DNA from: Mayamaea pseudoterrestris
Lineage: Eukaryota
DNA length: 64,000 bases
NCBI GenBank assembly: GCA_027923505.1
Contig: BROI01000029.1
Span: 62,001-126,000, forward strand
Reading direction: 5' to 3'
Position 1 is the first letter of the stretch, and every line of letters starts with the position of its first letter. The translations under genes were made by a program, and so were the position numbers. Under the pieces are notes generated by a model that worked only from the letters and a program-made list of their open reading frames with translations, was not told the origin of the DNA and did no database searches. Shown here piece by piece: positions 37,425 through 48,005 of the stretch.

Positions 37425-37721
37425 GGTGAAGATGAATGAGCGATGAGCATCACACGGAACGAGTGGCTTGCGCCCGCATGTCGCATTGGCAAATAATGGT
37501 TCGTGCAGCTTTACTTTTTCGATCATACTGGTGAAACTGGAATAAAGGCTTAATCAGAATGGCGTCACTGGCGCAAAGATTGAAGTTACTTCAAGATAAG
37601 CCCTCACAAATTGAAGCACGTTCTTCGAAATGCGAATGAGCGCTTGACCATGGCCGTCGCTCCGCAGAAACCCGTGCCTGCTTGACTTCTGCTTGACTCT
37701 TGCTCAGCTACCGAACTGTTC

Positions 37722-39029
37722 ATGATAGCTTCTGCATTAGCGACTCTTCAAGCTAGCTACCGTTGTCGCATTCTTTCTGCTGCCGCTATTGCTCCCTCTG
37801 TCATTGCTCGTCATTCTTCCTTCATCATGTCGTCGTCGGCGTCCTCCTCTCAAGTGTCACTAGACATTGAGGATGTTCATCGACAAGCCGTTCTGGAAGG
37901 TTCCAACATTTATCATGATCCAAAGACTGGTTTCACTGTCTTTACAGAGCTTGCGCATTTGAAGCGAGGCAATTGCTGCGGCAATCAATGTCGACATTGT
38001 CCGTACGGATGGGAAAACGTGACAGACAAATCAGCGCTGCAACACGTTCCTCTAGCAAAAGTCAAGTCGGGCGACAAAGCGGCTATTCAACAGTTACTCA
38101 AGAGCATGAATGTCAATGGGAGTCGTCAAGCAGTGACTGCAGCGAGTTTGAGGAAGCTGAGTACGAGTGCAACTACAGTTGACGGCAACGTTTTATCAGC
38201 TTCGTCTTCTCCAGCGTCATCATCTCCAATTTCTACAGTTTCTACAGCTACTGCTCCCACTACCACCAAGACAAAGACGGGAGGTCGTCATGGAGGTCGA
38301 TTGACCGATAAGAATGTTCCATACACGAGGACAGGTGATTCAGGAAGCTCGCAACTATTGACGGGCGAGCGACGGTCCAAGCATGACGTTGCCTTTGAAG
38401 CCATGGGAACAGTGGATGAATTATGCGCTGCTGTTGGACTGGCGCACTCACAACTATATCATGGTGATATACAAGAAGAAGAAGAAACTGTAGAAGACAA
38501 TTTGACTATTCCAATGAACACTTGGTTACTTGATATCATGTCACGACTCTTTGACATTGGTAGCCACGTGGCCAAGCCAAGGAAGCATCGGCGCGAGGAT
38601 CATGACGATGACAATGAACCCGTTGAATTCATTCCAGATGGCGTTGGCGGGGGATTTGACGCTGAACATATTCAGCAGCTCGAAGACTGGATTGATATAC
38701 TCACTGAAGCACTCCCGGAGCTGCACTCGTTTATACTACCGACCGGCGCTCCAGCATCAGCACAGTTGCATGTTGCAAGGACAGTTTGTCGTCGGGCCGA
38801 GCGGATTGTTGTTTCACTCGTGGCTGATCAGGTTTGCGACCCGCATGCGCTCCAGTACTTGAATCGGTTGAGTGACTTTTTGTTCGCGGCGGCTCGATGG
38901 GCAAACTTGAGGCTAGGACAAGAGGAAGTGACCTATCGACGACCGACAAAAGGAGCTAAACAACGGACGCGCGTGACTGTTTCCTTGCAGCATCACGAGA
39001 ATGACAGTTTGCATAATGAGCATAATTAA
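37722..39029 (+). CDS. MMAB: Cob(I)alamin adenosyltransferase (PduO/MMAB) with N-terminal DUF5522-like Cys-rich domain
   Basis: YTRTGDSG, GTVDEL, FILPTG, LHVARTVCRRAER and YLNRLSDFLF. N-terminal YHDPKTGFTVFTELAHLKRGNCCGNQCRHCPY follows a presequence-like leader. Confidence 0.92.
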   Translation: MIASALATLQASYRCRILSAAAIAPSVIARHSSFIMSSSASSSQVSLDIEDVHRQAVLEGSNIYHDPKTGFTVFTELAHLKRGNCCGNQCRHCPYGWENVTDKSALQHVPLAKVKSGDKAAIQQLLKSMNVNGSRQAVTAASLRKLSTSATTVDGNVLSASSSPASSSPISTVSTATAPTTTKTKTGGRHGGRLTDKNVPYTRTGDSGSSQLLTGERRSKHDVAFEAMGTVDELCAAVGLAHSQLYHGDIQEEEETVEDNLTIPMNTWLLDIMSRLFDIGSHVAKPRKHRREDHDDDNEPVEFIPDGVGGGFDAEHIQQLEDWIDILTEALPELHSFILPTGAPASAQLHVARTVCRRAERIVVSLVADQVCDPHALQYLNRLSDFLFAAARWANLRLGQEEVTYRRPTKGAKQRTRVTVSLQHHENDSLHNEHN

Positions 39030-39100
39030 ATAGAAAAAACTAGAAGTGTCTATGACACCGCCGCAATCACGTTTGCGGTCCATTTTAGGCATGTACGCTG

Positions 39101-41056
39101 CTACAAAAGTCCATCCGTTTGGTTTCGAATGGCGACTTCGCCATCCACACTCAAATCTTCCATTTCGTGAAACCAAATGCCAGTGGCAATGATTACGTAG
39201 ACGCCGACCAGAATGGCGCCGACGAACCAGTTTGTTGTGCCGCCTTGCAAAATGGCGGCAACGCAAACCACGCCAAAGACAAGGCACGTCGTTTCGTACG
39301 GGTGAAAGTAAAGAGTCATGCTCCGGTCCAAAAAATATCCAATCAATACCGACCCTGGCAGCACAAAGGTGGCAATCTGCACGGCCGATCCAACAGTCAC
39401 GCCAACGACCAAATCCATTTCGTCTCGATACGCAAAAATGAAGGCACTCACTTGCTCGGCAACATTGGAAAAGAATGGAATAATCACCATGCTTGTAAAC
39501 ACTTCGCTCAAGTGCAGTCGGTCCGCAAATCCGGCAATTGTATCCACGAGTATATCGCTGAGAGCAGAAACGCAAAGAGTAATGACAAACAACCACACCA
39601 CGCCGACTCGCATGGAAATTAATGGACCATGGTCAAAACGTTCAGTATTTTCAAGTTGATTGTCGGCAGCCTGCGATGCTGAATGGCTCATCGAGTCATC
39701 ATCTTCGTCATGAAAAATGTCTTCTATATCATTTCCAAACGTGTGGCTGTCCGAATCCTTGGACCGTTTCGCTTCCAGTTTGGTTTGTGGTGGCGGCGGC
39801 GAAGCTCGACTGTCGCTTGTCGACGAATCGGAAAACATCAACGCAGGCGGGTCAGAGGATGCAGCATTGGCAGAGCTTATGGTGCCGCGAGATCGCAAGT
39901 ACATGTCTTGCTTATTGCTGCTGCCGTAGTTGTTGACAAGTTCAATGTTATCCAATCCGGACTCGACATCGTCCCCGGTGCCAACAGCTTCTCCAAACTC
40001 ATCACCGTTACCCTTGCCCAACTTCCGCTTGCTCTTGGGCGATGGAACAATTTCATAGTTGATAGTTGCTCGCAGTTGCGTCGATGTCGCGCTAGTCGGC
40101 GGCACTCTCATGCCAATGAGAGATGACAGTCTTCGAAATATGGACGTACAAAACAAGTTGCGCTGCGCGTGCCGAGCGACAGGGACTTGACGCGACGATG
40201 AGCGATGAACAACATCGTCTCCTTCTGGTGCTTCATCGTACTCATCCTTGTGCGTGCCAAGCTGAAAGATTAGGTATCCAATGTAGAGAAGCATCAATAC
40301 TACGGCGTTGACTCTGGAGTACAATATTTCCACTGGCGAGGGCACATTGGGATCATACTCTCGCTCCTGTGAATTGACTCCGGCACCTCCGTTCGAACTG
40401 TCTCTTCCAAACCCATTCTGCTGCTGTCCCGAAACAATCAAAATGGCCGGAAGCAAGAAACCTGCGCATCCCAAAAGCAGCATGCCAACGTTAACATTTC
40501 CCGAGGTGATGCGCAGCGTTTGCACCTGCCACCGACACCCACCAATGACGCAGGCGACTCCAAAGACTAAAATCAAGTTTGTGAGCATGCTTCCCAGCAT
40601 GGCTAGTTGCACGACTCGATAGTAACCCGATCGCAAGGCCGCGACCGAAATGAGCAACTCTGGTGCATTTCCAAAGGTAGCATTGAGTAGCGCTCCAATG
40701 GTTCCATTGGTATGTTCCGCCACTTGCTCCGTGACAAAGCTCAAGCGTTCGGCGCATGGAATTAATGCCAGTCCCGCCAGAATAAAGCAGGGAGCTTCAC
40801 CCAATATTCCACTGGAATCGCCAATCACGGCCAAGGGGCCTCCCAGAATGAGCCAAGTCAACTTGTTACCACCCGTCCAAAGAATCAAATCAACCGAGTG
40901 CCAGAATTCTTGAATGAATGATTGATACAATGGAAGAGGAGTCGATGGAATTTCGGGTAAAGAGTGGTCGTGATTGTGATCGTCTCGTTCTTGATCACGA
41001 GTGCGATGCAAGCTGCTGTTGCTTGCAGCACTGCTCGTCTCGGCGGCAGGATTCAT
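39101..41056 (-). CDS. CAX: Vacuolar Ca2+/H+ (cation/proton) exchanger, CAX family
   Basis: Alpha-1 repeat GALLNATFGNAPELL, LGSMLTNL and alpha-2 repeat PFFSNVAEQ...GSAVQIA. Long central loop; start taken at MNPAAET (41056). Confidence 0.92.
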   Translation of the reverse strand: MNPAAETSSAASNSSLHRTRDQERDDHNHDHSLPEIPSTPLPLYQSFIQEFWHSVDLILWTGGNKLTWLILGGPLAVIGDSSGILGEAPCFILAGLALIPCAERLSFVTEQVAEHTNGTIGALLNATFGNAPELLISVAALRSGYYRVVQLAMLGSMLTNLILVFGVACVIGGCRWQVQTLRITSGNVNVGMLLLGCAGFLLPAILIVSGQQQNGFGRDSSNGGAGVNSQEREYDPNVPSPVEILYSRVNAVVLMLLYIGYLIFQLGTHKDEYDEAPEGDDVVHRSSSRQVPVARHAQRNLFCTSIFRRLSSLIGMRVPPTSATSTQLRATINYEIVPSPKSKRKLGKGNGDEFGEAVGTGDDVESGLDNIELVNNYGSSNKQDMYLRSRGTISSANAASSDPPALMFSDSSTSDSRASPPPPQTKLEAKRSKDSDSHTFGNDIEDIFHDEDDDSMSHSASQAADNQLENTERFDHGPLISMRVGVVWLFVITLCVSALSDILVDTIAGFADRLHLSEVFTSMVIIPFFSNVAEQVSAFIFAYRDEMDLVVGVTVGSAVQIATFVLPGSVLIGYFLDRSMTLYFHPYETTCLVFGVVCVAAILQGGTTNWFVGAILVGVYVIIATGIWFHEMEDLSVDGEVAIRNQTDGLL

Positions 41057-41551
41057 AAAAGACGAAGAAGTCGACGTCAACGTTAATGAGAATTGCAACG
41101 TTACTGAAGTTTGAGGCGGATTATCCGATAACTGTATAATATTTTTGAACCAGTAAAGGTCAAAGATGTATCGGCTTTTTACGCCAAAGTCGAATCGTTG
41201 ACGGTGAATTAATTGTCGAGATTCCTCCTCGATGAACTGCACTTTACTATCACTGGTCCGAGTAGATTGCAAGCACGACAACGTCTAACGTCTTTGCGCC
41301 GAGTAATTTATTATGCAGTAGACAAATGGGTTCCTCTCCCATGAGAGCATGCGGCATGCGCCATCATGCATGTCTTTGATGGTTGCGCGAGGAAACGGAC
41401 ATCGTAGCGGGTCTTGAGATTAACAGTGCGACAAGGGATTGATCGATTTGCTTTTCTCCTTCCATCATGCATGAAAGCATCCAAGCATCCACGGTCTACA
41501 TCGCAGACAAGCAATAACGTCCATCCTTTCTGTTATTAATTTCTTGGTAGC

Positions 41552-42025
41552 ATGTCTTCGAAATGCGATGAAATTGACGACGACGATGATAGCCAAGATG
41601 ACAATGAGGAAGAGGAAGATGACGACTTGTACGATGATCTCGATCTCGATACGTTCCAAATGAGCAGTAGTTCCGATCGACCAAATGAATCGCTTACTGC
41701 ATCTATAAAGAAAGGCAACGACAGTTTCGATGCAGACCTATCTCTTGCTACTGCTTCACTGCCACTGTTGTCCATTTCTGATACAAGACTGCCACCGCCA
41801 GTAGCAACCAACAGCTTGACTGCTCACGTGGAAGCCTTGACTGCCACTGTCGCGCAGCTATCGACGGAGAACGAAACATTAAAACGAAACATGGGGATTT
41901 TGTTTCGGACAGCTCGAGCAGAGATTGAACGAAAGGATCATGAAATTCATCTACTGCAAGCCGAACTAGATGAAAGTCACAAAAGAGCACGACCAGAGGA
42001 ACAAGGTAAACGAAATATGACATGA
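41552..42025 (+). CDS. Small acidic coiled-coil protein resembling the N-terminal domain of FLASH/CASP8AP2
   Basis: ENETLKRNMGILFRTARAEIERKDHEI resembles the recalled FLASH coiled coil [27 protein letters not shown]; a DDLYDDL motif lies upstream. Confidence 0.7.
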   Translation: MSSKCDEIDDDDDSQDDNEEEEDDDLYDDLDLDTFQMSSSSDRPNESLTASIKKGNDSFDADLSLATASLPLLSISDTRLPPPVATNSLTAHVEALTATVAQLSTENETLKRNMGILFRTARAEIERKDHEIHLLQAELDESHKRARPEEQGKRNMT

Positions 42026-42095
42026 ATCGAATACAATTATCAATATTAGTGTCAATCAAAACATCAATATTTATAGCTGGAAACATAGGTTTGTG

Positions 42096-43874
42096 TTACA
42101 TGGCACGTAAATGATGCGCCAAGTGCTCCAACGTCTCCACGAAAGTTGCATACACAACGTAAACATCGATGCGAAAATGGAACCAAAGATAGATGCCAAC
42201 CAGCAACAGGACTACTGCATCAGTCACCAACTCGACCATTCTTCGTCTCATGATTGCCGGATTATACCCTTGTCGTATCTGCTTGTCCTTGGGATTCGTG
42301 CTGTCGCCCGATGAATGAGACGGTGCGGCTGTGGTCGAAGCGTCTCCTTTACTTTGACTGGCACTCGCCAGCAGTATATTTCGACGTTGCTCTGCCAGGA
42401 GCCTCGCTGGATGCTGCAACTGCTTGCGCGGCACGGGCTTGCGGGCGGGTCCAACGCACAATGGCTGCTCCCAGAGTCCCTTGCAGCGTCGCCACTCGGC
42501 ATGCGCACGCTGACCAAAGGATTGCAAGTTACCTTGGGCGTTCCATTCGGCCACGACGCGAAACTGGTTAAGTGGAGCATCAGTAGCCACAATTGGTGTG
42601 CTAACCGGAGCAGAGTCCGCGCCAGCAGAAGCGCCATTCGTACAAGCATCAGCACTAGCGTGCCAGCCAAGCAACGTGTCGGACGAGATGGACGCAATTG
42701 AAATGAGAGTCTTGCCAGTCTCGCCATTGCTACTGTTCGTCATCATTCCTGAAGGACCTGTAGACTCTGCATCTTTGTCAAGGCTGCTTCCATATTGCCG
42801 ATATCGATCCTCGCTTCCAACAGGCAAGGCATGGGTGCAAATCGCATCCAGGCCGGGGGCCGCTCGCGTATTGTTCGAAACTCCAACTGTAATACCTTGC
42901 AGCATCGGTCGTAGCTGCGGATGCGTCGCCACTTGTCGAGCCAATGACCGCGACAAATCTTCTTGATGCCAATGAAACAAAAAATGAGCCTCATCATCAT
43001 TATTGTTGCTAGTATCGTCGTCTTGAGAATTCTTGTTTTCGTCCTTGCCGTTCAGAATGTCAATTTCGCCAACGGGAAGAATATCGAGTCGATCCACGAC
43101 AACATAAAGGTTCAGCAAGGAATCTAAAGATTGCTGTTTTTGCGATTGCTTGGACTCCTCTCCTGTTTCGTTGCTTTGCGGCGTGATAGCTGCCAACGCA
43201 TCCTGCAAGCGCGTGACACTAGGCAGCAGCACAGACTGCAGAAAATCTTCTGGACCAAGACTGGCTTCCCATTGCAGATACAGGACAATATAGCGAGGAT
43301 GAAGTAATGATGAATGTTCAAGTTCCTTTGTTTTTACGTTGTTCTTGGTACTTTCCAGTTGTTCCAAATAAATTGTTTCCCTCACACATTGTTCCAGTTC
43401 CGAAAGCAAGTAGGAGCGCTCACTGCTATATGAAGGCATATTTTCAACGCTCAGCAAAGTAACGGATGGTAGCGGCGAGGAAGACGGTGCAGCCGCGCCC
43501 TTTGGCGAAAGAGGTGCTGATGACGAGCCATTTCCACTACGTGTACCATTCGACTTATTGCTTGATGAAAAAGCTGTTTCTCGCTGGCGCTTAGAAGCTT
43601 TGAGGGCAGATATGGGCGACATAATTCTAGTATCCATAATCCAACGCTTTGCAGTCAAGATAGTACGGCGAATGGTGTCCGTGACGGCTACGTTCGTCGA
43701 TGAGCGCCCAACGCATCTCCCATGGTGAACAAAAGAAGAAACGTGGCGTTTCCATCGGAACTGCAATAGCAATGCGGCACTGAAAAGATGATAATACTTA
43801 AACAGTACGCGCCGGCCGGGCGATCGGATGGCTCGCCAGCCGCCGGTCGGCACATCGATCCCGCACAAAATCAT
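42096..43874 (-). CDS. Hypothetical protein with C-terminal TM helix
   Basis: 592-aa intronless ORF with hydrophobic AVVLLLVGIYLWF near the C-terminus. True start uncertain. Confidence 0.7.
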   Translation of the reverse strand: MILCGIDVPTGGWRAIRSPGRRVLFKYYHLFSAALLLQFRWKRHVSSFVHHGRCVGRSSTNVAVTDTIRRTILTAKRWIMDTRIMSPISALKASKRQRETAFSSSNKSNGTRSGNGSSSAPLSPKGAAAPSSSPLPSVTLLSVENMPSYSSERSYLLSELEQCVRETIYLEQLESTKNNVKTKELEHSSLLHPRYIVLYLQWEASLGPEDFLQSVLLPSVTRLQDALAAITPQSNETGEESKQSQKQQSLDSLLNLYVVVDRLDILPVGEIDILNGKDENKNSQDDDTSNNNDDEAHFLFHWHQEDLSRSLARQVATHPQLRPMLQGITVGVSNNTRAAPGLDAICTHALPVGSEDRYRQYGSSLDKDAESTGPSGMMTNSSNGETGKTLISIASISSDTLLGWHASADACTNGASAGADSAPVSTPIVATDAPLNQFRVVAEWNAQGNLQSFGQRAHAEWRRCKGLWEQPLCVGPARKPVPRKQLQHPARLLAEQRRNILLASASQSKGDASTTAAPSHSSGDSTNPKDKQIRQGYNPAIMRRRMVELVTDAVVLLLVGIYLWFHFRIDVYVVYATFVETLEHLAHHLRAM

Positions 43875-44588
43875 GTCGCCTTGGACCTTGGACGAGCAAA
43901 ATGCAACATCCGTCGACTATGACGACTCTGCTTGCCTTCCTACAACTCTTACCATTAAACTAATAATAACTAGTATCAATCGTACGTACGGTATCGTTGG
44001 AGCGCTTTTTGTTTTACGGATGACACTGGTAAATTCGCTCGGATCATCGCTCTACTCTACAGCTCTGAGCTCTACAGGATCCAGGATGCAACTGCTAGCA
44101 CATTCGGTCACTGTTCCGAGCGACACGCTCGCTAGCCATGGCAAAAATCTGCTGGCAAGGAAAGGAGAAGACTAAGAATCGTGACAGAGTCTAATCCGGC
44201 CAAAAGGTGCGAGCAATAATCATTCCACCATTCCACCATTCCCCTAGACAAGCTCCAACCACAAGCCAGCCAAAAGCAATCATCAATTTCTTATTGTCGG
44301 TACTTCAGTTCTTCAACAAGCCAATAGGTAAAAAGTGCTTGTTTAGCATCAAAAAGACTTGTCAAGTTTTGGTCGCCTGCGCCGCTTGTTGTGGCGGAAT
44401 TCGCAACTAAATACTACTCTGTATGACGGTAGACAATCATCATTGAAACTACTTATCGACCTGTCGTGTCTTACATACAGTATAACGAACGACTCTTGTC
44501 GCAATTCGTTCGTCGAAAACACAGGGCAGTGCATTCGACTGACGGCGGTCCCAGTCCTCCAAAGAAATCTCCCGACGTGAGCAAATGG

Positions 44589-47288
44589 TTACGGACCGAC
44601 GCCAAGCCGAGCGTACTCACTCGCGACAAATGCTAATGCCGTCAAGTCTGGATCGCTGAGCATAGTTTCGTAGCGCTGGTAATTGTCGGCAGACGGATCA
44701 AAGAGACCATGCCAAAAAATCCCCGTCCGAAGAGGCGAGCATTGGAGTCCTTCACGTTCAATTTTGCACTCCAACTCATGCACAACCTGCCGCTTCTTAA
44801 CTTTTAGGCCCTGCTGCACTAGAGTCGAAATAAGCTCCGACTGCGCTGAACAGATAGTCTCGGCTCCGCCATTGTACGTGGCACGGACAAGGGCAGGCGC
44901 ATCTTGCTCTTTCGAAGGAGCACCATTTAAGACCATTTCATTTAACAGGATACTGCGACAGCCGCTCGCGTCAGACCGTAGGGAGCGACACCGTAAGCTA
45001 AACTCCTTGCCATGAAGTGCTTTAATAAGGAGTGTCCGACGACGAGGCCCAGCACAAGCTTTAGCAAGCTTTCGGAGTTGCATGGCATGCATCGACTCCT
45101 TCATTTGCACAATCCACTCTTCGCTGAAAATGTCAGTTTTTGTAAAATCAATGGAATTGAGACATCCATGTCCTTCTTCGACGGCTTCCAATAAGTCCTT
45201 CGAAGCTATCAGAGCACTGTCTTCATAGCGACGACCTCCTTTGAATTCGAGGTGCTCCAAGCAATCACTGTCACGAACATAGTCCGCAAGAACCGATTCA
45301 ATGACCTTACACCAGCAAAAATAATCTAATCCAAAGTTCAACGAAAAACTTCGTAAATTCCAATGGCGAGCATGGCCCGACAGCAACGCCTGTATGCATT
45401 GTACGCCCGCATGCAAGGAGCGTACACGAAGACTCTTCAAATTACTTGTACATGGTTCAGCTAGCAGGCGGCCCAAAGTTTGATAGAAGAGTATGTTTCC
45501 CTGGCCTTTGCCGCTGTCAAAGGAAACGTGTGATATGTCTAGTTCTTCCAAACAGGACGATGCAGCAAGCGATTTGGCGACCGCGCGTTCGACGCCTGCT
45601 GGCAAAAACCACTTACACTTAATCAGTGATTTGATTTTCGTTGCACCTAGACCCTGGCAGAAGATGGCAGCCCATTCTTCTGCATTAATAGTTAGTTTAG
45701 GAAGCATTGCTGCTGACAGATTCTTGTAGAGCACTTCTAGAATCAAGGCTGCGTCTTCGGCGTTTGCAATAATTACTTGTCTCCAATAGCCGCAAAAGTC
45801 AACCTTCTTCAGCCGCTGCATCGTCGTAATCGCCCGAAAAGCAAGGCATGCATCGGTGTTATGTTCATCGTCATAAAGATATAGCTCCTGAACTGACTCT
45901 CGTCCAAAAAACGAAGTGTCAGGGTCAATAAAGCTAGCTCCGAAAGGGAAACCATGATGTGCAAAGACATACAACTTTCGGTAGTGGCGACACAATCTAA
46001 AACAAGCAGCAAGATACTTGGTGCTCCTTGTCTCTGCCCCATTGGCTACAAGCGTGATAGTCTGCAGATTCGGAAGCTTGCCAAGATGCTTTCCTAACAT
46101 AAGTGCCATAGCAAGCAAATCCTTATCCGAAGGATATAGAGGCGACTCGATGTTTGGAGAGTGAGTCAAGATGCTAAAGGCCAGAGACTGGATTTTGTCG
46201 GCATTCCGACTGATGCATTGGCACAAAACGCGCGCAAAATTTGGTTGGAGTGCACCGACTAGAATCCAATCATAAGTCATTTCAAAGTCGAATACAAAGC
46301 ACGCTTTGCGGTCCGTGTCCTTCCAGCTGTAATCGACAGGCTCGCCAGCCTCAAGCTTGTGAATGGCTGCTAGCAGCTGCTTCTTTTCGGGAAAGCCCGA
46401 CAGTTCTTCGGCCATGAGTATTGCGCCCTCCACCTCCAGCAAGTCAAACTGTGCTAGCTCGATTTCCGTTATATTCCTCTGAAACCAGAGCTTTTCAAAA
46501 TACCGATGCCGTTCAAGTAGATTGTCAACAAACACCTTTCGATCCAGCAGGTCCTTCGGCAAATATATCGTTCCGCAACGGTACGTCTCGCCAGACCTGC
46601 GAACGTTTGGCTCAGTGTCGTCGTTCCCGCGCAGTCTCCAGTCGACATACGCAAAGCTGCGTGGATTGTAGCGTCGCCACAGCTTACACTTGTCTTCGTG
46701 ACTCGGCCAATCTTCTGCTTGACACGTCGCAGAGCAATATACATGCACAAAGCAATGTGGGCATCGAAAATAGGAAGAATTTGAGGCGAACATATGGTAA
46801 CATTTGTCGCGATCGCAGGAAATGTATTCCGGCGAAAGCAGAGCTTGCCTTTCCTTTAGAAAACACTGACACGGCGCATGTGAAAAGTATAGGAATGATA
46901 CACGTCTCCAGGTCATTCCAAAGAATTCCTTCTCCAACGCAGTCTGATTGATCTTTCCTTCGCGCAACTCGGAGAGAGACTCTCTGTTTGCAAGGAGCCA
47001 AATAATCTTTGCCAGTACTCGCAGCAATGCTTGCTCAGTGTCTGACATGAAAATCATCCTTTTCTGCGCCAAAAGACAAAGGCCCGACGAAACCAATTTG
47101 TTGCGAAGCAATTGGTTAACAAGCTTGGCGGATTTGCTGCATTCCTCGACCATTGCATCAAATGCTGCGTCATCATCCATTGCAGTCGTTTTGCATTTAA
47201 CGAGACGGTTGACCAACTCTGTATATGGGCCGGACCCATCTTCATTCTCCTTCCAGTCACCATGGCTGCAACTTGCACGGGTGGACAT
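44589..47288 (-). CDS. MYND zinc-finger plus LRR (RNI-like) protein
   Basis: CDRDKC...RCPHCFVHVYCSATCQAEDWPSHEDKC (MYND), followed by LxxLxL repeats (LPNLQTITL, LEELDIS, LKSLRV, LEHLEF). Confidence 0.8.
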   Translation of the reverse strand: MSTRASCSHGDWKENEDGSGPYTELVNRLVKCKTTAMDDDAAFDAMVEECSKSAKLVNQLLRNKLVSSGLCLLAQKRMIFMSDTEQALLRVLAKIIWLLANRESLSELREGKINQTALEKEFFGMTWRRVSFLYFSHAPCQCFLKERQALLSPEYISCDRDKCYHMFASNSSYFRCPHCFVHVYCSATCQAEDWPSHEDKCKLWRRYNPRSFAYVDWRLRGNDDTEPNVRRSGETYRCGTIYLPKDLLDRKVFVDNLLERHRYFEKLWFQRNITEIELAQFDLLEVEGAILMAEELSGFPEKKQLLAAIHKLEAGEPVDYSWKDTDRKACFVFDFEMTYDWILVGALQPNFARVLCQCISRNADKIQSLAFSILTHSPNIESPLYPSDKDLLAMALMLGKHLGKLPNLQTITLVANGAETRSTKYLAACFRLCRHYRKLYVFAHHGFPFGASFIDPDTSFFGRESVQELYLYDDEHNTDACLAFRAITTMQRLKKVDFCGYWRQVIIANAEDAALILEVLYKNLSAAMLPKLTINAEEWAAIFCQGLGATKIKSLIKCKWFLPAGVERAVAKSLAASSCLEELDISHVSFDSGKGQGNILFYQTLGRLLAEPCTSNLKSLRVRSLHAGVQCIQALLSGHARHWNLRSFSLNFGLDYFCWCKVIESVLADYVRDSDCLEHLEFKGGRRYEDSALIASKDLLEAVEEGHGCLNSIDFTKTDIFSEEWIVQMKESMHAMQLRKLAKACAGPRRRTLLIKALHGKEFSLRCRSLRSDASGCRSILLNEMVLNGAPSKEQDAPALVRATYNGGAETICSAQSELISTLVQQGLKVKKRQVVHELECKIEREGLQCSPLRTGIFWHGLFDPSADNYQRYETMLSDPDLTALAFVASEYARLGVGP

Positions 47289-48005
47289 GCTAATGCCTTA
47301 TATACGTACTGATGGCTGCTCCCTTGAAGCCGATTTGTGGAAACGGATGGAGACTCTATAGTCTATAGCGATCGTGTATTGCCTAGGAGTTATCGCTACA
47401 GCGACTCTTCAAGTTAAACTGAAAGTGAAACTGCGAGTCCAGATGGTACTTGTATTGCTTTATCGTCGTTGTTGTTTCGTCGATCGACGGTCCAAGTGCT
47501 GCATATCAAATATCAAGGCGAATCGTCTTGTTTTTCACAACAGCTGGTAGAAGTACCAATATAAGATACATGGAGTAACCGCGATGATGATCGCGGAGTC
47601 GGCTGGTGCCGCAAAGTTGGACACGTGGAAGAGGTTTGGAGTATGACATTGTCAAGGACGATGAGGTGTGATGGTGATTGTTTGTCGGACGAGTGATCGT
47701 CAAGGTGCTGCTCTGTCGAAAGTCACATCGGTTATTGGGTCACGAACCGACATATTCAAGACAGATGCTGACGTGGTAAATTCGTTGGGCTTCTTGTCTG
47801 CGAAAATAATAGCCTTGATTTGTATAAAGTGCGTCACAAGCGGATCTTTGCAACGGAAGGTGACGCGTCGGAAGTAAGCGACGACGAATGCAACATGACA
47901 GTTGGCCGTCTCTCTGTGGCTCTGCAGTCTCTTGAAGCTTAGAACAGGTACTGTAGCGTAGCCTTACTTGCTCATTTACTCGTCAGAACTGATCAAACTG
48001 CTACC

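Noticed and set aside
41057..41281. N-terminal extensions in the ORF track (CAX to 41281; similarly TTI1 to 30293, BCP1 to 37526, TatB-like from 25210, DOT1-like from 35045)
   Set aside because: They mostly rely on non-ATG or poorly placed starts. Downstream ATGs fit the family N-termini better.
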